The position numbers and the translations under genes were made by a program. A stretch of 64,000 nt of DNA from a bacterium (GTDB lineage: Bacteria > SAR324 > XYD2-FULL-50-16), in contig JAVVEA010000002.1 in NCBI GenBank assembly GCA_032250835.1, positions 1 to 64,000 of the forward strand, written 5' to 3'. Positions 1-10,401 of this stretch are shown piece after piece (position 1 is the first letter of the stretch; every line of letters starts with the position of its first letter). Under the pieces are notes generated by a model. It was not told the origin of the DNA. It did not search any database and was given only the letters and a program-made list of their open reading frames with translations.

Positions 1-347
1 ATCACCGTCTCGTGTTCCATGTTTTCGGCAATGCTGCGCGCTACGCTGAGCACGTACTTAAGGTCCGCTGAGCCGTCTTCGTCGGGCGGGGTGCCCACGG
101 CGATGAAGCAGATTTCGGCGGCTTTGGTGGCCGCCGCCAAATCTAAAGTGAAGGTCAAACGCCCAGATTCTTTGTTGCGCCGGACCATTTCTTCTAGGCC
201 GGGCTCATAAATGGGGACGCCGCCAGCGTTGAGCAGGTCAATCTTGCGGGGGTCTACATCGGCGCAAACCACTTGGTTGCCGCTTTCAGCAAAGCAGGCG
301 CCAGCCACTAGGCCGACGTAGCCACTTCCGAATACCGTTACTTTCAC
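1..347 (-). CDS. ugd: UDP-glucose/GDP-mannose 6-dehydrogenase, N-terminal part (runs off left edge)
   Basis: Not in ORF track. Manual translation from GTG at 347: [54 protein letters not shown] (GxGYVG Rossmann motif, PIYEPGL motif). GGAG RBS just upstream. Confidence 0.95.
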   Translation of the reverse strand, partial: MKVTVFGSGYVGLVAGACFAESGNQVVCADVDPRKIDLLNAGGVPIYEPGLEEMVRRNKESGRLTFTLDLAAATKAAEICFIAVGTPPDEDGSADLKYVLSVARSIAENMEHETV

Positions 348-432
348 AAAGGCTCCTATAAGGCGGTCCACAGCATTTTTTTAGGACCAAAGATTGTGGC
401 GGCGCAAACTGCCCTTTTTTTCTCGTTACAGC

Positions 433-461
433 AAGATAGTAACGCCACGACGTCCTGTCAA
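433..461 (-). promoter_or_regulatory. sigma70-like promoter for ugd
   Basis: Minus strand TTGACA (461-456), 17 nt spacer, TATCTT (438-433). Confidence 0.6.
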
Positions 462-724
462 TCTAGTAGGTCTAAATTACATTCCACTATTTGAATATAT
501 CCGCTCTCTGCTGGACAAAAGTCACCGCCATTCCGCATAATGACTGAGAATTCACTAATTTGCTATAAGCTCTTTTCCTTCCGGTTGGACCAAGAGAGGA
601 GCTAGCCACCTCACCATAGCTCTTCGAAAATAACCATTGGGGCTCAAGGCCGATTGACGAAGTCGAACCAGATAAACCAGCCCATGCCTGATTTCTCATC
701 ACCCTTAAGCTCCATCAAAATTCC

Positions 725-1624
725 ATGACTTCTTTTAAATCAACGGCTTTTTCGCTTTTGCTGGCTGGGTTCTTGGTTTTCGCTTGGTCAAGCAAAGGCT
801 CGGCCATCCCGGTCGTTAAATTACAAGTCACGGATTTGGAAAGAGCCCGAGAAATGGCCCAACAGCTTGAATCCTTGGGAAACCAAGTCAAATTGAATGA
901 CCCCGATGCCGACAAAAACCTGTTACCAACCTTAGAAGTAAAGTTTAACGGCCCCGTACCGATCATCGAATTTGCCAAGGCAGCACCCACCCGTTATTTA
1001 CTTAGGATCCATCAGGCACCGGCCCAGTTCCCCTTAATATTCAGAGAAGGCTACCACTACAATTGGAAGCTCTTCGCCTTCGCCCCGACTTGGGCCCCAG
1101 TCCCCTCGGAGCGGCTACAAGAATACCAGATACTTACCGGAAACGAACGGGATCAAGCGGATTTGGAGACCCTCAAGGAATTTGTGGCAAAAGGATGGGT
1201 AACCGACTTGGGCGACGGTTCGCAAAAAGAGAGAAAATTGTATCAGCTAGAGGGGCTCGAAGCGAAAGAAGAATGGGAATCTTACCAAGTGGATTTCGTT
1301 GCCAGGAGATACGCCAACGGCATCCAGAACGACAATCTCCCAATACCGGCTTGGTACGAAAGCTTCACTAAAAACTTCTGGTTTGCCCAGAACCATTACA
1401 AAATCGAACCCTATGGGAACTTCTGGTGGATTGACACCAAAGAACTGCTGGAAGAAGGCCTCGCCCGGCGTAACGCCGATGGGACCCTTGAGCTACAACT
1501 GCTCGTTCAGTTTTCACCCCAGCGAGTTTATAATCTGTGGTTGATCCTCAGCTTACTTACCGTTGGCGTCACCCTGGCTTATTTTGGTTGGGCCCGTTGG
1601 GGCGCCAAGAAGAGTTCTTCATAG
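725..1624 (+). CDS. Membrane-anchored extracytoplasmic protein; stand-alone C-terminal module of the YfhO/GT-C-like giant membrane protein family
   Basis: N-terminal hydrophobic signal/anchor and C-terminal TM. Motifs PTRYLLRI, LIFREGYHYNWK and F-x-PQR-TM parallel the C-terminus of the 11544..15089 protein (SAEYKVAI, LVFAESFNPLWA, YQLQP-TM). Confidence 0.7.
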   Translation: MTSFKSTAFSLLLAGFLVFAWSSKGSAIPVVKLQVTDLERAREMAQQLESLGNQVKLNDPDADKNLLPTLEVKFNGPVPIIEFAKAAPTRYLLRIHQAPAQFPLIFREGYHYNWKLFAFAPTWAPVPSERLQEYQILTGNERDQADLETLKEFVAKGWVTDLGDGSQKERKLYQLEGLEAKEEWESYQVDFVARRYANGIQNDNLPIPAWYESFTKNFWFAQNHYKIEPYGNFWWIDTKELLEEGLARRNADGTLELQLLVQFSPQRVYNLWLILSLLTVGVTLAYFGWARWGAKKSSS

Positions 1625-4155
1625 CCACAGTAGCGCACCTTAATCTCGTAAGTTCCCGCATCCAGCGGGATGCTGATCATCCCCCCTGGACCCATCTGGT
1701 ACTGGGTTTCTTGTTGATTTACGGACACCTCCCATTGGTCATGAAAGGGAAGAGCCAAAGACACTTCGCCAGACGCTTCCAACGTAACCTTTATATCGGC
1801 ACCCCAGGGATTTAACCGGATTTGCTCCCTTGGAATTACTTTTGCTTCAAGCAGCCCAACCTCTTGATCTAAGATTTCGACCTCCTCGCCTAGCAATTCA
1901 AAACGCGCAGACCCGCCCGGTTTGATTTCAAAAGGAAATCGAAGTTGGCTTTCTCCAGGCCGCACGATCAATCCAGCCAGATGTTTTCCGCCCAAAACGT
2001 TTACGACCCCGCCTTGAGTCCCTGCCTTCACGGTGAGGCCAATCAATGCCCAGTGGTTTTCATGGTAAAGTTCTTCTGTGGGGATGGCCAGCGGGACCGC
2101 ACTGTCACTTCTTTCGTGCTTTATCCAATGGATAACCACAGCAGGCCCAAATGGGTGCTTAACTTGGCCCATTAAAATCTCATCACCTTGAATACTATAA
2201 AGCGATGGCTGGGTCATGATGGGCTCGAAGGGGGCATCTTGATGCTCGAGAAGGCTCGCCTTAAATCCATTGCGATCCACCCCCACAACGCCGCGCACGC
2301 CCCAAAAGGTGAGTAGTGGGGTTTCCAATTGCATCGGCTGGGCGTATAAAGCTGCATTTATGGTTTGACGACCTAGGTAAGGAGGCATCACCGAGTGTTC
2401 GGAAAAATGCAGCCCCGTCTTTGTTTTCTGATAAAAGGAGGTGTGCATGATATTCATGCTCCAAGCCTGATAATGCAGAAGACGGTCCCCTTCCATTAGA
2501 GGCAAGCGGTTCGTTTGGTAGTAGATTTCTCCATCTGAAATTCGGTCTTCTGGTGGTTGGAGCCGTTGGTATATTTCGTACTGTTCTTCTTGGTAAAGGT
2601 CGTATCGCTCGTGGGGCAAGTCTGCTCCCGCGTTGAAACGCTGAACCAATTGATAATTGGCGTTCGAAAATGACGCTGATTCCGGGCTATATTTTACCCA
2701 TAAAACCAAATCCGGCCGCTTTTCTTCAAGCAACTCCGCGTTGCCCCCGATTTGCTCGAGACGGTGCCTAAAAGGATCCAGTCGAATCCAAGGGGTTACA
2801 AAACTACCGCCTTGCGGCATGGGTATTCCTATGCGACTAGTTGCCGTCGCTTTTTGGTCTAGCCATTCCACCGCAAGGTCTCTATTGGTGGGGCCAAATA
2901 AGTAGCGGGCTATTTGAAACTGCTCCCAGCCAGTGGCCAAAATCAAGAGAGAGGTCAAAAAAACCCCAGCCCTTTGGCTATTAAGCGATTGTTTTTTCAA
3001 GGCCAACAACAAACTGTCCAATGCCCAGGAAAACAGAAAAATCGCAAATATTGCAGTCCCATAATAGTAGTAAGTCAAAACCTCGAGACGCTCCTGCATT
3101 ATCAGAAGCATGTAGACAAAATACAGCCATTGAAAGCCGACCATCAACCGAAGAAAATCCGTTCCTCTGCGCCAGGCGACCCAACTCGCGGCACCCAGTA
3201 CGGGCAGATAAAAAAGATTTAGAGGTCGCCCAAGCAAAGCATCTAAACGCAACATACGGTAAACTTGTGCTTGCACAAAACTACTAATACTTTCAAGCAA
3301 ACTACGAGAAGAGTCCAGGGGAGCCAAATTATGGGCCATCAACCCTTGAACAAAGGTAATTACTCCATAGACTGCATTGAAGTTACTAATAAAAAACGCT
3401 CCTAGCAGCGCCCCACCCAATAAAGCCGCCCTACCTATGGTTTGTTTCCAATTTTGATGCAAACGCCCCAACCCCCAAATCAGACCCAAACCTAGAGGTA
3501 ACACGTTCATTTTGATTGAGAACGAAAAACCTAACATCACAGCGCAGCCCAAGAGCCAGGAAAATTTTCGCCTTTTCAAGGACTCAAGCAAAAGCAAGAC
3601 AGCATAAACCCCGACGATAATAGCGGGCAGATCGGCCTTAAGCCTTACGGCAAAGGTGACGACAAAGGGGAGCAATGCCGTCAATAACACCCCAAGCCAA
3701 GCGGCCTGGATACTTTGATGCCGACTGAGCACCCACCAAATGCCGGGCAAAAGCCAAATCATCCAAAACCAAGCTTTATAGAGCCCGAAAAGCTTCCACA
3801 GTCGGTGGTACTCTTGTGGGTAGACTAGGTAAGTGTCAGAATCTTGATATATGCGGATCAGCCCTAAACTGTCAGCGAGCCAAAAGACGGGCTTAGCTAG
3901 GTGGATAAAGGGACCGCCAATATTGATTAACGACCAAAATCGATCTTGCCGGTTGTTTAAATATCCGGCGGCAGCATAAACATTTATCCTCCCATCATCT
4001 TCGTATTTGGCAACCGGGATGTAATGGCCCCATTGGGCTTCAAACCCCGCCCCTGCGACTCTTTGTGCCCGCAAGGCGAGGCCGGTCTGTAAAGCCATAA
4101 ACCCAACCAACAGCAGAATCAAAAGTGGCGGGAGGTTCCAATTTGTTTGTTTCAT
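1579..4155 (-). CDS. Polytopic GT-C (ArnT/PMT-like) glycosyltransferase with YfhO-like C-terminal domain
   Basis: 858 aa. Acidic YEDD motif in first loop, roughly 10-12 TM segments, then soluble region ending LPFHDQWEVSVN...IPLDAGTYEIKVRY (YfhO-like). Confidence 0.65.
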   Translation of the reverse strand: MKQTNWNLPPLLILLLVGFMALQTGLALRAQRVAGAGFEAQWGHYIPVAKYEDDGRINVYAAAGYLNNRQDRFWSLINIGGPFIHLAKPVFWLADSLGLIRIYQDSDTYLVYPQEYHRLWKLFGLYKAWFWMIWLLPGIWWVLSRHQSIQAAWLGVLLTALLPFVVTFAVRLKADLPAIIVGVYAVLLLLESLKRRKFSWLLGCAVMLGFSFSIKMNVLPLGLGLIWGLGRLHQNWKQTIGRAALLGGALLGAFFISNFNAVYGVITFVQGLMAHNLAPLDSSRSLLESISSFVQAQVYRMLRLDALLGRPLNLFYLPVLGAASWVAWRRGTDFLRLMVGFQWLYFVYMLLIMQERLEVLTYYYYGTAIFAIFLFSWALDSLLLALKKQSLNSQRAGVFLTSLLILATGWEQFQIARYLFGPTNRDLAVEWLDQKATATSRIGIPMPQGGSFVTPWIRLDPFRHRLEQIGGNAELLEEKRPDLVLWVKYSPESASFSNANYQLVQRFNAGADLPHERYDLYQEEQYEIYQRLQPPEDRISDGEIYYQTNRLPLMEGDRLLHYQAWSMNIMHTSFYQKTKTGLHFSEHSVMPPYLGRQTINAALYAQPMQLETPLLTFWGVRGVVGVDRNGFKASLLEHQDAPFEPIMTQPSLYSIQGDEILMGQVKHPFGPAVVIHWIKHERSDSAVPLAIPTEELYHENHWALIGLTVKAGTQGGVVNVLGGKHLAGLIVRPGESQLRFPFEIKPGGSARFELLGEEVEILDQEVGLLEAKVIPREQIRLNPWGADIKVTLEASGEVSLALPFHDQWEVSVNQQETQYQMGPGGMISIPLDAGTYEIKVRYCGYEELFLAPQRAQPK

Positions 4156-4426
4156 GTTTGGGGGGGATGCTTCGCAATTCGGTAGAAACAGCTTTAGACG
4201 CGTAACAGTAGCTAAACGAGTCTATTAAGGCAAAACCAAATTAGTCAAAACCCTACTTAAGACCCAAGCGGATTGTCCCCCTTAACCTTAACGGCTTCGA
4301 CATATTTAATAAAGGCAATATCCCAACGGGCTAGATCCTGTTTATAACCTGAGCATTGCAGACAGAATCCGCTCCCGACCCCGACTGTTCACTCACTTCG
4401 CCTAACTTCAATCCTCAATAAAAGCC

Positions 4427-4455
4427 TTTACAGTCAAGGGGCGAAAATTTAGACT
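4427..4455 (+). promoter_or_regulatory. sigma70-like promoter for the 4533-7767 unit
   Basis: TTTACA (4427-4432), 17 nt, TAGACT (4450-4455). Confidence 0.55.
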
Positions 4456-4532
4456 AACCTCCCACAGGACTAGTAACTCCGCGACTTTTGTTGTTGCCGC
4501 CAACAAACCCCAATACCCCCTGCGCCAATCAA

Positions 4533-5510
4533 ATGAATAGCCACCCAGAATACGGCTTCCAAGACCATTTAAGCGCAGAGTTCCCCTCGCAGATTGTCGT
4601 CGATGTTACCGAGCGCTGCAATCTTGCGTGCATCCATTGCCCCCACGAAGCTTTCACGCAATCTGAAGTGTACGCAGGCAGACACCTGTCGCTTGAGTTG
4701 AACAGAAAACTAGTGGATGAAATTGCCACCGATGGCAAGGGTTACTGCCAGTACCTGAGGTACACCGCCCAGGGGGAACCGTTACTTAACCCCCATTTCA
4801 TTGAGATGGTTCAGTACGCAGGAAAGTACGCTGGCGTGGCACTGAATGTGACTTCCAATGGTAAAGCCTTAACCCCAGAAAAAGCCTCGGCCTTGCTGGA
4901 TGCGGGCGTTGGGACCTTTGATATCAGCATTGATGCCTACTCACCTGAGGTTTACGCCCAGATCCGTAAAAAAGGGAACTTGGTGGAAACCAAGCCAAAC
5001 ATCCTGAATTTAATCAAAGCTCGTGACCAGGGCGGTTACCAAGCTAAGGTGGTGGTCAGTTATATTGAGCAGCCTCTAAATCAGGGTGAGACCGAGCTTT
5101 TCGAAAGCTATTGGAAGGAAGTCGGAGCCGATTTTGTGGTGATCCGCCGGTTGCATTCTTGTGCCGGAGCCAAGCCGGACATTGCAGAGCAAATGAAACA
5201 GAACAGTGCACCCCGCAAACCTTGCCTTTACCCATGGGAGCGGTTGGTCTTGAGCCCTACCGGTGATGTTGCTTTTTGCCCTGCAGAATGGCGCTATGAG
5301 GCCAAAATCATCTCCTTTGCCGAGCAAAGCATCCAAGAGATTTGGAAGGGCCCCTTTATGCAGTCGCTACGCAAAGCCCACCTTGAAAACCAGTTTGCCG
5401 ATCACCCCTATTGTGGTAACTGCCCAGACTGGATGGCGACCCGCTGGCCCTGGGAAGGGAGGGCATATGCCGATATGATGCGCGATTTTGCCAACCAAAC
5501 AAAGAGCTAG
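4533..5510 (+). CDS. Radical SAM protein with SPASM/twitch domain
   Basis: CNLACIHC, variant AQGEPLL motif, C-terminal CLYPW...FC...CGNC. ATG 4533 preferred over TTG 4488. Confidence 0.9.
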   Translation: MNSHPEYGFQDHLSAEFPSQIVVDVTERCNLACIHCPHEAFTQSEVYAGRHLSLELNRKLVDEIATDGKGYCQYLRYTAQGEPLLNPHFIEMVQYAGKYAGVALNVTSNGKALTPEKASALLDAGVGTFDISIDAYSPEVYAQIRKKGNLVETKPNILNLIKARDQGGYQAKVVVSYIEQPLNQGETELFESYWKEVGADFVVIRRLHSCAGAKPDIAEQMKQNSAPRKPCLYPWERLVLSPTGDVAFCPAEWRYEAKIISFAEQSIQEIWKGPFMQSLRKAHLENQFADHPYCGNCPDWMATRWPWEGRAYADMMRDFANQTKS

Positions 5511-5518
5511 GCGGGATA

Positions 5519-6220
5519 TTGAATGTCGGGATTATACAGCCAAATTATTTGCCCTGGAGGGGTTACTTTGACTTCATTGATGACGTCGATCTATTTGTTT
5601 TTTTAGATGATGTTCCCTACACCCGGCGTGATTGGCGCAACCGCAATCAAATAAAAACAGCCCAAGGGCTTCAGTGGATCACGGTTCCGGTTTTGTTTAG
5701 CCAGACCGAACAAACCCCGATCCATCAGGTTTCACTGGACCCAACCCAAAATTGGCGGATCAAACACCTCACTGCAATCCAGCGATCTTATTCTAAGACC
5801 CCCTTTTTCAATAGCTACTGGCAAGGTTTTGAATCCATAATCCAAGCCGAATACGCCAGCATAGCTGATTTGGACATCGCCTTATCCTTATGGTTGATGT
5901 CTCAATTGGGCATCAACACCCCCACCAAGCGCTCCCATGAGTTGTCTCCACAAGGGACCAAGACGGAACGGTTGATTGACATCTTGAAAAAAGTCGGTGC
6001 AACCAGTTACCTTTCGGGACCGGCAGCCAAAGACTATATGGACAATCAGGCCTTTGAGGTGGCGGGAATCAAGCTTTCCTTTAAAACCTATCAATATGAT
6101 CCTTACCCACAGTTGTACGGCGAATTTCAACCTGCCGTTACGGTCCTGGATTTGCTGTTTAACTGCGGTCCGTCTGCCAAAAAACACCTAAAGAGCTTGT
6201 CTGCCCATGAGTTCGTCTAA
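5519..6220 (+). CDS. WbqC-family protein
   Basis: QPNYLPWRGYF, WRNRNQIK, YLSGPAAKDY, YPQL...LDLLFN family motifs. Confidence 0.92.
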   Translation: MNVGIIQPNYLPWRGYFDFIDDVDLFVFLDDVPYTRRDWRNRNQIKTAQGLQWITVPVLFSQTEQTPIHQVSLDPTQNWRIKHLTAIQRSYSKTPFFNSYWQGFESIIQAEYASIADLDIALSLWLMSQLGINTPTKRSHELSPQGTKTERLIDILKKVGATSYLSGPAAKDYMDNQAFEVAGIKLSFKTYQYDPYPQLYGEFQPAVTVLDLLFNCGPSAKKHLKSLSAHEFV

Positions 6221-7175
6221 AGAGCCCTTGGCACCTATTTTCTCTATTGTCGTCCCTGTCTATCAAAACGAATTAAATCTCGAGGACACCATCCCCGAGT
6301 TACTGCAATTACAATCTGATATAGGGGATCTTTCGCTAGAGTTAGTTTTAGTGGACGATGGATCTTCGGATCGGTCCTGGGAGTTGATGCAAAAATGGCA
6401 CAGACAAGCGCCACAACAGATTCGCTTAGTCAAATTAGTTAAGAATTTTGGACAAATTGCGGCCATTCAAGCAGGGTTACAATTCGCTCGAGGTAACTGT
6501 GTAGGGATCATATCGGCGGATTTACAAGATCCACCTGAGCTTTTCCTTGAGATGATTCAGCACTGGAAAGAGGGATGGCCTCTGGTCGTCGCCGAACGGA
6601 AAAACCGCGAAGAAGGGATTCTGCACCGGAGTATCTCTGGCTTATATTGGCGCCTAGTCAATCGTTATGCCGTAAAGGGTTTTCCCATCGGAGGCTTTGA
6701 TTTCTGTCTATTGGACCGAAAGGTAGTAGACGAGATCAACAAGATAAAAGAAAAAAATTCGATGATTTTCGTTCTTATTTTTTCTTTGGGATTCCCCCAC
6801 AAGAGAGTGCACTTTACCCGGCGCATCCGTAAAGCCGGCAAGAGTCAGTGGAGTCTCACCAAAAAAATCAAGCTCTTCGTAGATACTTTCATCAGCTTTT
6901 CGTATGTTCCGCTGCGTTTGATTTCGGCCCTGGGGCTGACTACCGCCGTCTTATCCTTTATGGTCGCCTTCTTTTTCATCTACCGCCGCTTAGTACATGA
7001 ACACCCCGTTCCGGGTTGGACCTCATTGGTCGTCTTGACTTCTTTTTTTGGCGGGATGATCCTATTGACGCTGGGTATTATTGGAGAATACTTATGGCGC
7101 GTCCTCGAAGAGGTTCGACGACGCCCTTTGTATTTAGTGGATCAAATCATTGAGAATCCCCCACAACATGATTAA
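6207..7175 (+). CDS. GT2 polyprenol-phosphate glycosyltransferase (GtrB/ArnC/YkcC-like)
   Basis: SIVVPVY, VDDGSSD, KNFGQ, ADLQDPPE, two C-terminal TM helices, LGIIGEYL...RRPLY. Confidence 0.93.
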   Translation: MSSSKEPLAPIFSIVVPVYQNELNLEDTIPELLQLQSDIGDLSLELVLVDDGSSDRSWELMQKWHRQAPQQIRLVKLVKNFGQIAAIQAGLQFARGNCVGIISADLQDPPELFLEMIQHWKEGWPLVVAERKNREEGILHRSISGLYWRLVNRYAVKGFPIGGFDFCLLDRKVVDEINKIKEKNSMIFVLIFSLGFPHKRVHFTRRIRKAGKSQWSLTKKIKLFVDTFISFSYVPLRLISALGLTTAVLSFMVAFFFIYRRLVHEHPVPGWTSLVVLTSFFGGMILLTLGIIGEYLWRVLEEVRRRPLYLVDQIIENPPQHD

Positions 7176-7767
7176 ATCGCTCTTGAACCACCCCAAAGTT
7201 TTCGATTTTTTTCAAAACCTTGTGGGGCGGAAGAATTTTTTAGCAGATTATGTACAACACCGGATCCGACCAGTGGAGGGCATGCGGATTTTAGATATTG
7301 GCTGCGGTACCGCCGATGTCCTAGCCCTGATGCAAGGGGTCGATTACGTAGGCTTTGATGTGAGCAAGCCCTACATTGAAGCGGCACGTAAACATTATGG
7401 ACCTAAGGGAAGCTTTCATGCCGAGCAACTTACCGAGGAACACCTAAAGAGCTTGGGGAGATTTGATGTGGTGACCTTTAACGGGGTCTTACACCACTTA
7501 AACGACGGGCTGGCCGAAAGCTTGCTAGGGCTAGCCAAGGCCGCGCTTAAGGCTGAAGGGCGGATGGTAAGCATCGACCCTTGCCTCTATCAAGGTCAAA
7601 GCTGGGCTTCAGCTTATTTGGTGAAAAGAGACCGCGGCCAATTTGTCCGCCCCAGAGAAGACTACTTAAAACTGGTGGCGCGCTATTTCGCCCAGGTTGA
7701 TTCAAAACTGCTCGAACACCCCTTAAGGATTCCCTACAGTCTCCTCATCTTAGAAGCTAAGAACTAG
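7168..7767 (+). CDS. Class I SAM-dependent methyltransferase
   Basis: ILDIGCGTA, GVLHHL. ATG 7168 overlaps the GT2 end. Confidence 0.9.
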   Translation: MIKSLLNHPKVFDFFQNLVGRKNFLADYVQHRIRPVEGMRILDIGCGTADVLALMQGVDYVGFDVSKPYIEAARKHYGPKGSFHAEQLTEEHLKSLGRFDVVTFNGVLHHLNDGLAESLLGLAKAALKAEGRMVSIDPCLYQGQSWASAYLVKRDRGQFVRPREDYLKLVARYFAQVDSKLLEHPLRIPYSLLILEAKN

Positions 7768-9230
7768 GGACCTGTATTTTTAACGGGCTTCCAGGTCTTT
7801 AAGCTGTCGGAAATTACGTAGTACAGGGCTTTTGCCGTACGCGGTATGATTCTCGGGAAGATTCTAGTCGCCACCCGATATTGCATGTAAGTGCGCCCCA
7901 GGTTATGGCAAAACTTAACACTTAAGTTGCTGGTCATCATTTTGCGGACCAAGCTAGCCATGGGTGCCGGAAGGGTACAGTATAAGGTACCCAAATTTGA
8001 TATCCGCGACTGCACTGCCTTTTCTTTGTCGGTATAGCAATTTAAAACCGACAGATCCATGTAGTTTTGCGACACGTCTTCGCCCTCGTCAATCAGCCCC
8101 ATCTCTCGGCTTACATCCCAAAGCTTGGTGCCTGGATAGGGACAGCAGATACTAAAGGTTGGGGCAGTCAATTTCATGCTGCGGGTAAACTCTAGGGCCT
8201 GAAAATCTTGCTCTAAGGTAGTCCCTGGAATCCCGATGATGCAGTTGCCATAAGTGGCAATGCCGTACGCGCGCGCGCGATCAAAGGCGGCTTTCATGGT
8301 TTTGTCCGAAATATACCGATTGATCACCCCTCGCCGAACGTCCTCCAATCCGGTTTCGACACTCATAGCAACGGCGCTGCATCCGGCTTTTGCCAAGTAC
8401 TCCACCATATCCTCAGTGAAATTATTGGGGCGGAGCAAACAGTAGAAGGGGATGCCGATTTCCTTGGGATAACGCTCGGCAAATTCTTTAATCCAATCGT
8501 CGGCTTTAAAGGCAAACACATCGTCGGCAAATCTTATAAAACGCACCGGGGAGTAATGTTCTATGGTGTGTTTGATGTCCGCCAGCAGGTGATCCACAGA
8601 GTGCCTGCGCAGCAAAGGCCCACAGCCTTTATACATTTGGTTGTAGGCGCTATTAAAGCAGTAGCTGCAACTGTAGGGGCAACCGCGTCCCGCCTGAAAA
8701 CTACGCAGACCAGCCTCACGGTAATATGGGGACAATCGGTAGATTTCATCGCGGTCAATGTAGGGCAGTTCATCTAGCTCTGCAAAAAGCTCTTTCTCAA
8801 CCGCTCCCGCTGAACTTAAACCGATATTTTTGATTCCTTCTAGGCTAGAGCCCGACTCAAGCCGTTGCAACAGTTCAGGAAAAGCGCGGTCACCGTCCCC
8901 TTGGCAAATGGCGTCTAGCTGGAATTGGTCAAAAACTTGAGGAGAGTAGGTGGGATGAGGGCCACCCATTAAACGAAAGATCTTTTTCCCACTAGCCTGA
9001 ATGTATTCACGAAGCCAAAGATCCATCTCTTCAAAATGATGCAGGTCCGCCGACATGGTGCTATAAGCTACCACATCTGGCTCAAAGGCCTTCACATCAC
9101 TAACAAAGTCCTTTCTTGAAAGATCAATCAAGCGGACCTGGTGCCCTTGCTTGCGGCAAAGTGAAATGAGTAGCAGCGCCCCGAGGGGCTCACTTAGATA
9201 TATGCTTGATATAACGAACGAAATTCTCAT
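7764..9230 (-). CDS. B12-binding domain radical SAM protein
   Basis: EPLG, GGPHPT, GDGD, RGCPYSCSYC, FADDVF, SVETG. ATG 9230 preferred. Confidence 0.9.
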   Translation of the reverse strand: MRISFVISSIYLSEPLGALLLISLCRKQGHQVRLIDLSRKDFVSDVKAFEPDVVAYSTMSADLHHFEEMDLWLREYIQASGKKIFRLMGGPHPTYSPQVFDQFQLDAICQGDGDRAFPELLQRLESGSSLEGIKNIGLSSAGAVEKELFAELDELPYIDRDEIYRLSPYYREAGLRSFQAGRGCPYSCSYCFNSAYNQMYKGCGPLLRRHSVDHLLADIKHTIEHYSPVRFIRFADDVFAFKADDWIKEFAERYPKEIGIPFYCLLRPNNFTEDMVEYLAKAGCSAVAMSVETGLEDVRRGVINRYISDKTMKAAFDRARAYGIATYGNCIIGIPGTTLEQDFQALEFTRSMKLTAPTFSICCPYPGTKLWDVSREMGLIDEGEDVSQNYMDLSVLNCYTDKEKAVQSRISNLGTLYCTLPAPMASLVRKMMTSNLSVKFCHNLGRTYMQYRVATRIFPRIIPRTAKALYYVISDSLKTWKPVKNTGP

Positions 9231-9267
9231 GAAATACCATGGACGAAGAAAGACCAACCAAGCGATT

Positions 9268-10401
9268 TTAAGAATCAGACCGAAAGAAGTCTGTAAGTAA
9301 CTGACAAACGATATCTATCTCTTCGGCTTTAATCTGAGTAAACAGGGGGAGCCGCAGCAAGCGTTCACTTTCTTTAGTCGTGTATTGATCTTCCCCATTA
9401 AACTCGCCAAAGCGAATCCCAGCAGGGGCGCTATGCAGGGGCACATAGTGGAAAACTGCACCGATCTGTTGGGACTTAAAAAAGTCAAGAAGCCGGCTGC
9501 GCTCTTCAATATCTCGGACTTTAATAAAGTACAGATGTCCGTTGTGCTGGACTTCTTCAGGGACCTTTGGCCGCTCTATATGACCTTTATTCTCTAAGGC
9601 TTCAAGGTTCTGGTGGTAACGTTTCCAAGATGCTAAGCGATCTTCTAATATCGACTGGGACTCTAAAAGCTGGGCATACAAAAACGCCGCGTTTAGATCA
9701 CTCATCAAATAAGAAGACCCCCAGTCCATCCAAGTGTACTTATCTACTTGGCCCCTAAAAAACTGGCTCCGGTTGGTGCCTTTTTCTCGGATGATCTCTG
9801 CCTTTTCAATCAATTCGGGTCGGCCCAGCACCAGTGCCCCGCCCTCTCCACATTGATAATTTTTAGTCTCGTGGAAGCTAAAACAGCCAAAATCACCAAT
9901 CGTCCCGAGGGGTCTCCCTTTGTAGCTGCACATCAACGCCTGGGCGGCATCTTCAACCACAGCCAAGCCATGGGCCTGAGCCAGCTCCATGATGTAGTCC
10001 ATTTCGCAAGCCACGCCCGCATAATGCACCGGCACAATGGCTTTGGTACGCTCGTTGATCGCCGCTTCAATCAACCGTTCGTCCAGGTTTAACGTATCGG
10101 GTCGAATATCTACAAAACGGATCTTTGCCCCGCGCATCACAAAAGCGTTCGCCGTTGAAACAAAAGTGAAGGAGGGCATGATCACTTCATCGCCCGGTGC
10201 CAAGCCTAACAGGCTAGCGGCCATTTCAAGGGCATGGGTGCAACTTGTGGTCAAAAGACTGCGGCGCCCTAAATGAGCTAAAAGCCAAGCCGAGCATTTC
10301 TTAGTAAACTCATGATCACCGCAAAACTGTCTGTTTTCAATGGCCTGGGCAATAAATTCTAGTTCCCTGCCCGCTAGGGTGGGGCGATTGTAAGGGATCA
10401 T
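9268..10401 (-). CDS. wecE: dTDP-4-amino-4,6-dideoxygalactose transaminase
   Basis: MIPYNRP, SFHETKN (PLP Lys), IIREKGTNRSQFFRGQVDKYTW and VFHYVPLH are characteristic of WecE/RffA. Confidence 0.9.
   Translation of the reverse strand: MIPYNRPTLAGRELEFIAQAIENRQFCGDHEFTKKCSAWLLAHLGRRSLLTTSCTHALEMAASLLGLAPGDEVIMPSFTFVSTANAFVMRGAKIRFVDIRPDTLNLDERLIEAAINERTKAIVPVHYAGVACEMDYIMELAQAHGLAVVEDAAQALMCSYKGRPLGTIGDFGCFSFHETKNYQCGEGGALVLGRPELIEKAEIIREKGTNRSQFFRGQVDKYTWMDWGSSYLMSDLNAAFLYAQLLESQSILEDRLASWKRYHQNLEALENKGHIERPKVPEEVQHNGHLYFIKVRDIEERSRLLDFFKSQQIGAVFHYVPLHSAPAGIRFGEFNGEDQYTTKESERLLRLPLFTQIKAEEIDIVCQLLTDFFRSDS

Noticed and set aside
487-702. 71 aa ORF in the divergent intergenic region
   Set aside because: No motif or clear RBS; likely non-coding.
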